The notes under the pieces were generated by a model. It had not been told where the DNA came from. It worked only from the letters and a program-made list of their open reading frames with translations, and did not search any database. Position numbers and translations under genes: made by a program. Of a stretch of DNA of 64,000 bases, positions 48,541 to 61,338 are shown piece by piece; the first letter of the stretch is position 1; each line of letters opens with the position of its first letter. The stretch is from Nymphaea colorata (taxonomy: Eukaryota), in NCBI RefSeq assembly GCF_008831285.2, contig NC_045138.2:4526001-4590000 (forward strand), given 5' to 3'.

Positions 48541-49147
48541 CAGACACTGCATGCTGACACATAATTACAGCAGTTGTAGATGTCTACAGGCTGGCAAGAT
48601 CCATATGATTGGTGCTAAATAAATCCAGAAAAAGTTTGGATGCATGACTTTTTTTTTTTTTAAAAATCCAAACTCAAGGCTGGTCATCCCTATTATGAAA
48701 AGACAAAGATGATGATGTCCCCATGATAACCATTACAGAGTGTTTCATGTTTAGGCTTAGGATCAGGCTGTGTAGGACTCATACTAATGCAGTTCAGCAG
48801 TTGTTTTTCAACAAACTCTGTTTGACAGAACCATTAGCTCAGTACCAGGTGTGAAAGGTCTCTCTAACAATAGCAACAAAGTAAGATCAAGTGGCACCAG
48901 CCATGCAAGGTTGGTTCAGACCAATTGCGCGGCCAGGCCAGGTTTTGCTGCTAGCCATTTTAGCTATTTGCTTTCATGTTAGCTTTGTCGATTTCATGCA
49001 TAGAAGGCTGCAGTTAAAACGAGTGATGCAAGAAGCAAAATCCAACAATAGCCCACAAAAAAAAAATTAATAGTTCTTCCATCAAACTCTCATTGTCACA
49101 CAGTGGTGAAATGTACAGTTCATTAAGTACCTCTGTGGCTATGGCTC

Positions 49148-49205
<58 letters not shown>

Positions 49206-49330
49206 TGCATGCTCCCGCATAATGACAGCAGTTGTAGATCCCTACAGGCTGGCAAGGTCCATGATTGGTGCTAAATAAATCTGGAAAAAGTTTGGATGCA
49301 TGATTTTTTTCTTCAAAATCCAAACTCAAG
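48301..49330. repeat. ~375-bp direct duplication (48301-48677 / 48952-49330)
   Basis: Both copies run from tagcc..ttttagctatttgct to aaaatccaaactcaag and each contains a (CT)n(AT)n microsatellite of different length. Confidence 0.92.
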
Positions 49331-50363
49331 ATCACAATTACAGAGTGTTACATATTTGGACTTGCAAAAAAAAAAAAAGAAAAGAAAAAGAACAATTGCC
49401 CCAGGTTTGCAAGGTTCTGACAGGAATCACATATTACTAGAACTAACTTTAACATTAGTATCACTGGTTTATTCCTTCACAAATAAAGGCCCTGCAGTTG
49501 GCATTGCAACAAACATTGTTAACAGTTAGGGTCATACACGAGTGAAGTCAAGCTTTATAAGGTTAGCTCATGTTTGACTTGGTAGACTATGTTCGAGTGC
49601 GACTCCTTTAAGCTTGTGAATTAAAACCTAAAAGTCGATTTCACATGCTTGAGATGAAGCTCGACAACAAGCTAATGGAATTAAAATAGCGTGCAACAAC
49701 TAAGCACCACGTTTCTGTGATTGGGTTCATATAATCTTGAAAATGGATTCAACATGCATATTCTTGAATTATATATAATGGTCAAAATGAATCCACCCTT
49801 GCATTGCATTAGGACTAACATGTTCAAGATTCTGTTATAATTTTCTGCAACATGAGTAATTTGGCCTTCCTTGCTGTTACCCATAATACATGCGACTTTT
49901 TAAAGAACCTGAAATTTTAATTTAAGCCCAAGTTCGTCTTGTTTAACAGATGAGCCGAGCTTAATCAAGCAAGTCCGAACTCCAATCATTGTGTCAGTCG
50001 AAAGGATAAAATAGATTATCAACATTAATGTACATATATTCAAACTAGGTTGCATGGTTGTGCTTTCATCTAGGAAATTACGCTTCTTATTTTTGTTCAC
50101 CAGAAAAAAGCATGTTTGTTCATTACCATATTGACACCACCAACGTCAATCTAAGCTGACCATCACCATCTCCATATTGTTCTGAATTGTTCACAGTCTA
50201 ATCCTATGCTAAGTTCATCCATGTCGGCTGCCTTCACAAAAGAAAACAGATCGCATGTCAGGAACAGAAACAGTACGACGGTCCCTTAACTGCTGCTGCA
50301 GATTGAGTGCAGGACAGCTTCAATCATCAACAATTCAAGCTTGTCTTTCAAATCCAGAACTGA

Positions 50364-51560
50364 TGAGATTTAGAAAAGTAGAGAAGGAGAATAAACCAGA
50401 TTTACGTGGTTTGGATCTGTAAATCCTACATCCACGATGAAAACATCACACAGCTTGGTGCTCTGTTTCATACAATTCTTTACACGTTACACTGAATATA
50501 TGTAGTTGTTGAGAGGAAATAAAAGAGTAACAATGAAGGCGTACAATCCTCAACGGTACATTAATGACTACAAGAAATGTATATGGTAACAAAAGCTAAC
50601 ACCAACAAGGTAAGATATTCTTGACAAATTTATTTGTGTGATGCTGTAACGTCGACTTCTCATCTCTCCCCCTCAAGTGGGGCGTACAAGTCATGGCAGC
50701 CCCACTTGTTAATAGCATCATTTAACTGTTTTCTTGATATTGCTTTGGTTAATCCATCTGCAAGCCGCTTTGAACTTGGTCTGAAGATAGTACTGATTTC
50801 TTCATGTTGACCTTTTCTCTTATGAAGTGACAGTCAATTTTCATATGTTTTGTTCTTTCATGGAACAAAGCATTTGCTGCAATATGCATGGCAGCTTGAT
50901 TATCATAGTGCATTGGTGTGAGAGAACCGAATTCTAATTCCATTTCAGATAAAAGGGGAGGAATTCAAGTAATTTCACTAGCTGTAGTGGCCATCGCCCT
51001 GTATTCTGCTTATGCAGTGGACCTAGAAGTGATTCAATGTATCTTACTTTGCCACGTTATCTTCGACATAAATACAATCTCCAATAGTGGATTTTTGATC
51101 CCTGCTTCCTCCCCAATCTACATCAGAATATGCTCTAATGTTGACATGAATCATTGGCCAGCTGATTTTTTTTAAATATTTGAGAGTCCGTCCAACCATG
51201 TCCCAATGTTTCTGAGTGGGATCATGAATATGTTTATTAACAAGATTTATTGCGTAGGTGATGTCAGGTCTTGTAACTGTGAGATATATAAGCTTTCCTA
51301 CCAGTCATTGATATCTTAAAACTTCTAGGGTCTCCTGTCACTCAGTAACAGCCTCTTTGTGGTATGACCACCGATCTATCTACAGGACAACATCCAAGTT
51401 GTTCAATTTCTTTGGGCAGATCAGTGACATGTTTTCTTTGTGACATAAATAATCATTTCCTTGACTAAGCAATATTCATCACCAAAGACATTTTAATTTT
51501 CCCAAATCCTTTATGTCAAAGGCTTTCTAAAGTAATTCTTTGGAATCCTTGAACTTGAGA
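50364..51560 (-). mobile_element. Ty1/Copia 3' remnant: RT/RNase H, PPT and 3' LTR (50364-50662)
   Basis: The minus strand encodes VGKLIYLTVTRPDITYAIN and YDNQAAMHIAANALFHERTKHMKIDCHFIREK. A PPT TTGAGGGGGAGAGA precedes a 299-bp LTR with TGAGA...TCTCA termini. Confidence 0.9.
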
Positions 51561-53101
51561 TTGTTGCTTCCTGCGATATTCTTCTTTTGAATTTCAAAGG
51601 AAAATTATTGTATATCCTTGAACAATGAACGAATCGTTTGAATCTGGTACCAGCGGGTATCATCCCTCCTGGGACAACATTCCTAAGCACTCAATATGCA
51701 CCCGGTTCCTTGCCTGACTTAAGCTCAAGTCGGCCCAAATGAGGTTATCGAGCTAGGTCCGTCATAACTTATTTTTAATATATATATATATATATATAGT
51801 TAATTATATGTATATGTCAAACTATATTAAAATATATTTTTATTCAACCTCGGGACTTGGTTGTGAACAGTCGGGCCGGGCTTTGGCTGCAGACACAAAC
51901 TGCCGTCTGACCCGAGCCCCTCTTCTTATTATGCTGACCCGGCATGAAGTCATTCATTTCAGGCTCTGCCATTCATGCTCATAACAAATGATCTTGTCCC
52001 CATAGTACAAGAGCTGGCTATCTTGTGTTGTCTTTTTTCTTTTTGTTTTGCGATGACTTCTTCAATAATCTTAAGTTAAACACACACTTGCTCTCCAACC
52101 AACAAATACGGGTGGTCATGGAGTCGGGCCAACTCAGGATCGACTCAAACTCCATCGCTTAAGCTCAAGTCATTTAACAAATGAGTTGAATTCATGTTAA
52201 GGATTGAACTCACATATAAAAACGAGTTGAGCTCAAGATAAGGAGGCTCGGCTCAATTAAGCTGATGATAGAAATACATAAAAGATGTTTCCTTTTATTA
52301 TTATGAAAAGATGGTTGACTTAGTAGGATTCTTCCTCTTGGCAGGAGGTAGGTCTCCCCATCTACCTAAAAAAAAACATGATTTTTTTAATAAAGTGCTC
52401 ATTTAAACTCAAACCTAGGCGAGATAGCCATCTCAACTGGAGCTTGGTCGAGCCGAGTCGAGCCTCCATGTGCTCGAGTCGAGTAGTCATGGTCGAGCAG
52501 CATTTTGAAACTCAAGCAACTTTGCCTAGCTCAACTTGAACGCACTTCCCAACAAAAGGGGAGAATGTTTCGGCACATTGAGCAATGGAACTCAACAAAT
52601 TGACCAACGCATGCATTGACCAACATGGAGTTGGTCAAACTTTCCTTTTATTTCACGCCAGTTGTAGAAATTCAGCAAAAGAAGAGAGACAAGCTTGGGC
52701 TTTGGATGCTTTGTTGATAAGTTGTAAAAGGTCGGATTTTGTCTCCAGAAGTTTTATCTTGTTCAAAAATTTAGTATTTTTTTCTACAAACAAGTACAAC
52801 TATCGGCAATTAATAAAAATAAACATTATAGGCTAAGTGAGCTTATGCAGGGGTAGATAAGCTAATAAAATATGAATGGTATTAAAATGAAGGAAAAGAA
52901 TTCCTAAATCGCGTTCTAACTAATGAAAATGGTGCCAGATGTATGTTGCCATAGTGACACGTGATCACTCAAACCCTGAATATTGTAAGTCAATTTTTTT
53001 CTTTTCATTCTGTCATACCATTGTCCACTTGTGTTTTGGCTCGGCCTACCATTTTTAGATGTTCGTATTTTTTTCCTCTTAAAATCCCAATTGAGGAATC
53101 A

Positions 53102-55494
53102 AAGATTTCGTCCAAGCCTCCTTCACCCTTTCTCCCATTTCCTTCTTCATTTTCTTCTATTTTCCCCACTGATTTTGCTAAGTTAGGGTGCTTAAGTGGA
53201 CCCTTACTTAGGATTTTCGTGGTAAGAAGCACACTTTACCACTCCAAATTCCAGCAAGCAAGCTATTCTACTTTTAACTTTGCTAAGCTCGAATCCAAGC
53301 TTGGATTCTTGCTTAGGATTGCTTGATTTAGAAAACAAGTGAAGACGAAGATCAAACATCAAGACCGACTGCAAGGTAGATCATTTTAAATAATTTCTCA
53401 TATAATTTAGCTTCTTCTTGGTTCATTTTAATTTCAGTAATTCGTGGGAGGGATTATTTTCATTTATGATATAGCTGGGAATGATGTCCACCTAAGGGAA
53501 ACATACGATTCAATGTACATGTTAATGCATAATGCATGCATACATTGGTTTTTCTTAAAAATGAACCCATATATCAAATTTTGAAATAGGCCCCACGGCC
53601 ACATCCCTTTCAAAACAAGCAGCTTAATACCATCTTAAACTCCCTACCATAAGAGAATCCCACGGTGAGAGAGTGATTTTGCTACAACATATATGATGAA
53701 AATGCCTATTTGGGATGGATACATTCTTATGAATATGATCCACTCTTGCATGGCAAAATGATGGATGAACAAGCTTGAACATTGTTTCGTTTTCCTTCTT
53801 ATTTAAAGTCATTTTGATTCATATCTTTCAACTTAATTGATCAAGGGTAGTAGAGGAGATTAGAAACAAGTTTTCAATCTTCCTACGTAAAAGAACCCAG
53901 CCATGAATCATCATGATTCATGAGTCATGCGGTCCCTTGATTAAATTCCATTTTAAAGAGTAAGACACGTATATATATATATTGTTATATATATACACAT
54001 GCAAACTCTTCTTAAAAATCGTTTTCTTCTCTTAAAATCAGGTTGGAACACATTTCCAAACTGGTTTTAAGAAAACAGATCATTTTGACTTTCATAACAC
54101 CAAGTTATGAGATCATTTTCATTTCATTTTAAAATTTGCTCAATTTCAGCAATCCATACATAAGATCTATGTATGTTGTTGAAATCATAGCATGTTTTAT
54201 AGGAATTGGCTTAAGAATGTCAAAGTTTACATATTTGAAATGCCAACTATCCTAGAACCATCCAAAGAAGTTGACGATTTCATGAGTAGGAAGTCTGAAA
54301 TTTGATGAAAGACTTCTCACTTCTATCTAAGAAACAAGCCCTTTATTGAGATCAATGTCCACAACTTTCAGCCATCTAAATCAATACAAGATCTAATTTT
54401 TTGGATATCATGAGACAAAAGTGGATGTCATCTACGTCTCCCATCTATTTCAAAAATTGATTTTGGCATCATTTGTACATTTTTCGTCATTTTGATAATT
54501 TTATGTTAAGTCCCAAGCTTATGGACTACATCTGTAATTCATGTGCTTAATCATATAATAAGCACATTTAGAGAAAGTCCTACATTTTAATTAAAATCAA
54601 TCTTTATGTGTAAATTGTATGACATGCAATTACAATGGATGAACTTTGAGAGATTATGAGAGAGTGAAGAATGTATATTTTATATGAATGAATCTTGAGA
54701 GATTATGAGAGAGAGAAGAATGAATGTTTCATATAGTTTTCCTTTTCATTTCATGCATTCACTTTCATTCAAAAATCATTAGCACCACATGCACATTCTC
54801 AAGAAGTTAAGTGATTCAAATTGGAGTTGCAAAAAGTGACCAAGTCATATTGCAACAAAAATTTGTAAACTTCTCTTAACTTCAAAAGAAAACACAAGCA
54901 ATGCATTCATAATCATGTCCAAAGTGTGTTTGGAAAACAACACATTTTCTAACAATTTGGAACCTAGGTTTTATAAAAAAAAATGAATTCTACCAAACTA
55001 AATCACATGATTTGGCAAAAGAAGAATTCAAAAATCAATGTTCTTTGCTAAGGAAACTTGACTATTTTACCAAAAGTTGATCATCATTTCAACTCATCAG
55101 ATTGAGCTCACAACAAAGAACTCAATCTCCAATCTTCAAAATCCTCAAGAATTGTAGATTTCAATAGCACAAAAACAAAGGTTTTTTTGAACCAACTTAA
55201 GAATCCTCCAATCTTCAAAACGAGTTCAAATCACTTATTCAAAATGATTTTTGGTTCTTGAATCCCAAACCTAAATGCATAAGCATATAAGATTTACATC
55301 AAAAACTCGTATAAGATCCAAATGATCCTTAGTTCTTGGTCCAATTACCCCTGTTAAAGGCAGCAGGGATGGTTGGACCTCGTACCGACGGGCGGATCCA
55401 TTTCTCTAGAAAAGTTTTCCTCAAAACCTCAATTTAAAAAAAATTTTGCTGATTTGCATTAGACCCCCTTTGAAAAAGGGATGGGGTGCGAACA
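53102..55494 (+). repeat. 5' LTR, left-truncated (lacks the first ~1.45 kb)
   Basis: 53102-54310 is colinear with 62788-64000. No match to 61339-62787 is visible upstream of 53102. It ends in ...CA just before the PBS. Confidence 0.85.
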
Positions 55495-55496
55495 GA

Positions 55497-55515
55497 TGGC
55501 ACACCCGGTGGGACC
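55497..55515 (+). other. Primer binding site, probably complementary to a tRNA-Arg 3' end
   Basis: TGGCACACCCGGTGGGACC lies 2 nt after the LTR end; the TGG start is complementary to tRNA CCA. The tRNA identity is inferred from recalled Ogre/Tat PBS sequences. Confidence 0.7.
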
Positions 55516-56240
55516 CGTCATCATCCATCAAAGGACCTATTTGGATCACATACAAGTTATTTTACAATGCCGGATATCAATTGCGCAAAATTCTTCATAA
55601 ACATGCATACCGGCATCATGTAGTATACATTGAAGAAATTCCATGAGCCTCTCTCATTTCAATTTATCATATCCCTCCTCAATTTAGGGATTGTATGCAT
55701 TCCATGAATGCTCTCAATTTTTCAATCACATCTTCTCATGAATTTTGAAAAATAAATCCTTACCTATATCATGTCCCGGTCGTCATATTGTCAGACTATT
55801 TCTAGGACATTAGTCCAAGATATAGCCTTACAACTAGACCACCCAATTGGACTGAGAAGTCTCCCCATTATTACCAAAACATACAATAGTCCCAGTATAT
55901 CGATGGGTGAACAAGGAGAATTTGAGAGCCCAAATCTAGAAAACCCTTGGAGGAGTTTATGCCAGTACCATAAATTTGGTATATAGGCATACCTTGAATT
56001 TGGATAAATCAAGAACGATTCTCCCATTTATTCTCCATAGGTTTCAAGACCAATTTTCAAAACAATGCATATAGGCAAGAGTCCTAGGGAATGCATTATC
56101 AATTTCTCGTTAATTGCTTGCTTGGATGTATATGTTGTTTTACTTTGCCTCTAAGTCCATGTCCAAACCCAATGTTATAACTCTTCTCGAGTCTTTATTG
56201 GGTCAATTCATGTCAAAGTCTAATATTTTCTCTTGTATAG

Positions 56241-57463
56241 ATGGACTCAGAAAGCATTTTCCCATATGACCACATCCTATTCGGGTCATGTCAAGGTCGA
56301 TCCGAACTTCGCAGCATCCCAAGTGGAGTCTACCTACCTCAGTGGTATCTTTCATGGTACCCAACTTTTTGGTGTATGTTTCCAGACCACTTAGAACATT
56401 GCAGTTTCGAAGAAGCACTTAGTCTTGCCATGCAACCTATCAATGGTAATCTAATCCATGCAGTTGCCGAAAGATGGAACCCAAGGACCAACACTCTGGT
56501 TTCCATGGGGTGAAATGACAATCACTCTTGATGAGTTCTCCAGCATTATGGGTTTTGCCAGAACCAAAAGGTGACCCAAGTGGTCCAATTGAAGACCAGT
56601 TCCTTGTAAACCAAGGTCAAGTCAAAACTCTAGAAGTGATTCGTAAACTCATAGGGAAACGGAGTTGGTCTTTTCTAGAGAAAGATGAACATCAATATCT
56701 TCAACTACAAGAACTTGGTGAAACATATTCCCAATTTGTCAACCCTGCGTTACTATCTAGAATTGTTGCAGACAAGTACAAAAACTCCATGGCGACTTGT
56801 ACTGCGGGTCTTATCTTCTTCAACAATGAAGAACACATAATGGATTTCTGCATAGCTCGCCTCTTCAGAAAATGGGGGCATGTCAAAGTCCATCACATTT
56901 TCATGCCAATGGCAGCCTTAACATTCCTTTACAGAGGGCTGACCAAATTCTCAATTGGGGACACAGACTCGATAGAAGAATGTGTTTTCACACTACAAGC
57001 ATGGTTCTACAAACATGTGGGGTAACAATCATGTTATTTTTAGAACACCGACGGCCAGTTATCCAGTATGAAGCACTACCACAAGAAGATGGAGGAAGTG
57101 GATGACTCCATCATCATTTGGGACTTCTTTGATCAAGAAGTCATCAAGTCAAGATACACCTACAACCCAGTCAGAGGAAGTCTACTATTGGGACAATTCT
57201 TCATAGTTGAATACCATTCCGGGCGTTGCCTCAGACAATTATCACTACGTCAAATGAAAGCATATCCAATTGAGTCAGAAGGAACCATTGTAGAGTGTGA
57301 ACTAAATACCAAAGAGTGGTTCGGAATATACACATACGCCCAACAACGTTGGGAATCATTTGCTCACTTGTATCTTGTCCTTGGTCTAGGAATGGGTCCT
57401 GAGTATGTAAAACGGTGGGATGAAGTCCGCCCATCTATCCTTGTCCTAAATCGTCATGTCTAG
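56241..57463 (+). pseudogene. Plant mobile domain (PMD, aminotransferase-like / MAIN-like) extra ORF of the Gypsy element, frameshifted
   Basis: INGNLIHAVAERWNPRTNT/FPWGEMTITLDEF is the PMD signature (LVERWxxETxTF..GEMTITLxD). Later motifs AALTFLYRGL, TLQAWFYKH and IVEYHSGRCLRQL also match PMD. The frame is broken at ~56505, ~56555 and ~57025. Confidence 0.85.
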
Positions 57464-57632
57464 TTCATTGCGGTCAACCAAACCTAATTTTGTCAAGTTG
57501 TGTTGAACTTTGTCAAGTCTTGTCAATCTCATCTTTCTTTGAATATACAATCAAAATTTGTCATTTTGTCATCTATGCAAATGATCTCTCATCAATTCAA
57601 ATCTTACCATTTTCAATTTTTCATCCCACAAG

Positions 57633-60255
57633 GATGGCACCTGAGGATCAAACATCAAAATTCTCTAAGGAGGTAAATCCAAAACTCACTGAGGCAGAAT
57701 GTCCAGAGTTCATCCAAATAAGAAAGCAAGATCAACTACCACCTTTGATTAATGATCCGATTGAGGAAATTAATATTGGCACGGAAGAGAGTCCAAAGAT
57801 TTTGTAAATTGGAACAAGTCTCTCAGCAGAAGAAAGAAAAGAGTTGATAGACTTCCTCAAAGAGCATCAAGAAGCCTTTACATTGACTTATGAGGACATG
57901 CCAGGACTTGATACAAAATTAGTCGAACATCGACTACCATTGAAACCAGAATGCAAGCCAATTAAACAAAAGTTGAGGAAACTAGACCCTCGTCTTGAGG
58001 GGCAAGTTAAGGAAGGCCTAGAAGACCCACTAAAGGCAGGGTTCATCCGAACAATCAACTATCATGAATGGTTAGCAAACATTGTGGTAGTCCCAAAGAA
58101 AAATGGCATAATTCGACTCTGCATCGATTTCAGAGATTTGAATAAAGCCACACCAAAGGACGACTATCTACTTCCAAACATGCCATTTCTTACATCAGTA
58201 AGACATTTGTGCAATATGAAAAAAGTTATTCCCACATGGAAAAAACTTGCTTAGCCTTGGTATGGATGTGTCAAAAATTAAGGCATTACTTACTGGCATG
58301 CGAAGTTAAAATTTTACCTAAACTTAATCCACTCAAATATATCCTTGAACAACCATTTTTGAATGGAAGGATAGCCAAGTGGCAAGTTCTACGGATGCAA
58401 TATGATTTAGAATATGTGTCACAGAAATCAATCAAGGGTCAAACTATTGCAGATCAATTGGCAAATTTTCCTATCTAAAGAAATTAGAACAAATGATGAT
58501 TTTTCAAATGAGCAAATTCTAACGACCGAACCAGAGCCGACTTGGGAGATGCATTTCGATGGTTCTAAAAGAACAGCTGGGGCAGGCATTGAGATACTTT
58601 TCATTTCACCATAAAAGAAAATGATTCTTTACTCCCTCAAATTAAATTTCTCTTGCATGCATAATATGACAAAATATGAGGCCCTAATCCAAGGGATCAA
58701 AATGCTTCTCAAATTTAAAGTGCAAAGAGTTCACATTTTTAGAGATTCTCTCTTAGTTATCAGTCAGGTCAATGAAGATTGGCAAGTCAAAGATCAGAAA
58801 TTGATCCCATATCAAGAGTAGCAACTTTCCTCTTAAGACAATTCGAGGAATATCAACCCTTGCATGTCAAAAGAGAATTTAACCCGATTGCAGACGGTTT
58901 GGCCAGTTTTGGCTCCACCATTGCCTTCAAACCTATAGAATCTATCAGATCTTTTGAAGTCAAAAGACTCGAACAACCATCTTTTGTCATACCAGAACAG
59001 GTGTTACAAGCAGAAAGCATAGAAATACCATGGTATCAGAACATCAAAGATTTTCTCCAGACAGGAACACTTCCACCTGAAATGTCTCGAAAGGAGCAAA
59101 GAGCCCTGAGGCATATGTCATTAAAATATTTCATTTTAGCCGACGTTCTATACAAAAGAAGATTCAACACAAAATATGCTAGATGTCTCGATATAAATGA
59201 GACATTAGAAATCATTCAAGAAGCTCATGAAGGAATTTGTAGAGGACATGTAGGGTATCAGACCCTCGTCAAACAAATAGTCAGAGCAAGGTACTATTGG
59301 CCCACAATGCAGAGAGACTGTCACCAATTTTTCAAGAAATGCATCAAATGTCAGTTGCATGCACCATCAATTCATGTTCCAGCAGCATACCTTCATTCGG
59401 TTAGCTCACCCTGGCCGTTCTCTATGTGGGATTTCGACGTGGTCGGTCCAATCAATCCACCAGCCTCAAATGGACACAGGTATTTTCTTGCAGCTACAGA
59501 TTATTTCTCCAAATGGGTCGAAGCAATCACTTTAAAACAGTCAAAGGACGACATGTAGTGTCCTTCATTCACAAAAAGCTTTTGTGTAGATTTGGCATCC
59601 CACACACTATCGTTTCTAACAATGGTACTCATTTTAAAAATGAGAAAGTGCACAATCTCTGTCACAAAATACAACATAACTTTTCTGCGCCATATTACCT
59701 TCAAGGTAATGGTCAGACAGAAGCAACCAACAAGATTTTGATTCGTTTTTTAAAAAGGACTGTTGAAACAGGTCGAGATTGGCACGAGAACATGCACAAT
59801 GCACTCTGGGCATATCAAACCACAATTCGAACACCCACACCAGCAGAATTAGTATATGGAACGGAAATTGCCCTTCCATTACATGTCGAAAACCAACAAT
59901 GAAATTTGCTGCACTTATTGAACTCCCAATTAGCAAGTACCAAAAGAAGAGACTTGCTCAATTAGACCTCTTAGATGAGAAAAGACTATAAGCGGCATAG
60001 CATGCTGAAGTCTATCGCAAGAGAGTCGCCCGACATTATGCCAAATCGGTCATTGAAAGAAAATTCAAGGTAAATGATCTTGTACTAAGATCTATAGTTC
60101 TACTCAGGAGTAGACCCAAAGAAAAATGGGCACCGAACTGGGAAGGACCATATGTCGTCAAAGAGGTTCTACCTCACAATTCTTATCGACTGATTGGTGC
60201 TGATGGGGTCGAAATCCATGATCTGATTAATGCTTTGCATCTCAAGAAATTCTAA
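57633..60255 (+). pseudogene. Degenerate pol: RT N-terminus, RT core deleted, RNase H, second RNase H, integrase
   Basis: EEINIGTEESPK..TYEDMPGLDTKLVEHRLP..WLANIVVVPKKNGIIRLCIDFRDLNKATPKDDYLLPN is joined at 58181/2 to AISYISKTFVQYEKSYSHMEKTCLALVW. Then WEMHFDGS..GAGI..YEALIQG (second RNase H), HEGICRGH..CIKCQ, SPWPFSMW..ATDYFSKWVEA and NWEGPY. Confidence 0.92.
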
Positions 60256-61338
60256 ACTTGAATTTGTAATTCAAAAATTTCAAAACAATTGTGTTTTGAT
60301 AAGCACATTCTTACCAATTTTCAAATAAACTAAGGGACATAGTATCCCTTAGAGAAAGTTTTAGAAATGCATCAAAATTTCCAAAAATTTTCAAACTCAG
60401 CCCATGTCTTGAGGACAACAGCAAAGGCATTGACTTGAACTATACAAGAAATTTCAATGAAATTGAGGGATTAATGTATAGAAATTGATGTTGGTCCCGA
60501 CAATTGACAATTGTAAAGGTCTAGCATGAGACGCCATAAGAAAAAGCCCTTGTGACCTGAAAGACCTTGGCAAGATGCAAGAAAAAACTATCAAGCAAGA
60601 TGAGTTGAGCGATGAGCTCGGTGTGAGTGTAATTGTTCCTCTGGTTCAAAGCTCTGTAGGCGCGGGTGGGCATATGACCTATGCTTACGTTGTGAATCTA
60701 AAAAGCAATCCATGAATATTTTGCTTATATTAAGTCTCCTAAAGCTTTCTGAATTCGAGCAAGTAAGTTCAAAGAGTGTTTTACACTTGGTACTTTAAGG
60801 CCAACTGGTCTAGGAGTTACCGGCCCAAAGCTTGCTACAAGGGTTTAGAAGAAAGCCCAATAGACTTGATGTTGCACAAAGCAAACTACACAAAACCGCC
60901 AAAGTGGTGGAACTCCGTAGTAGCTTTTGGGGTGGTGAGGAATTTTCCCCAAGAGTGAAGGGTGGCTCAAAAAGAAAATCAAAATTCACACAATAAAGCC
61001 AAAAGGTGAAAGGCTAAACAACAACAAAAAAAAAGAAAGAGAAAAAACACTTGCCAATTGTTAAGAAGGCATCAAGAGCTAAGTTCTCCAAGCATCAAAT
61101 GCAAAAACTTTCACAATTGCAAAAATTTTCAACCAACATTAATTCCTCTACAAAGTCTCCAATGAGATGGAGGAAAATCTTCTTATTTCAGGTCCATGCC
61201 TAGCACTTCCCCTCGAGTGAGGATGCTTAAACATCATTTGGAAAATGGATTTTTCAATTTCAATTTGCAAAAATTTGGTGCGTAAATCTTTGCTATTAAG
61301 CAAATTCTTCAACTTGCTTAACAGCAAAGAGGTGCATC

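Noticed and set aside
48705..48800. ATGATGA as a possible C box of a C/D snoRNA
   Set aside because: No D box (CTGA) or terminal stem is present at a suitable distance.
56241..57463. PMD ORF as a host MAIN/MAIL-like gene or an NLR integrated domain
   Set aside because: It lies between the PBS and pol inside the LTR element, appears intronless and frameshifted, and is 8 kb from the nearest NLR fragment.
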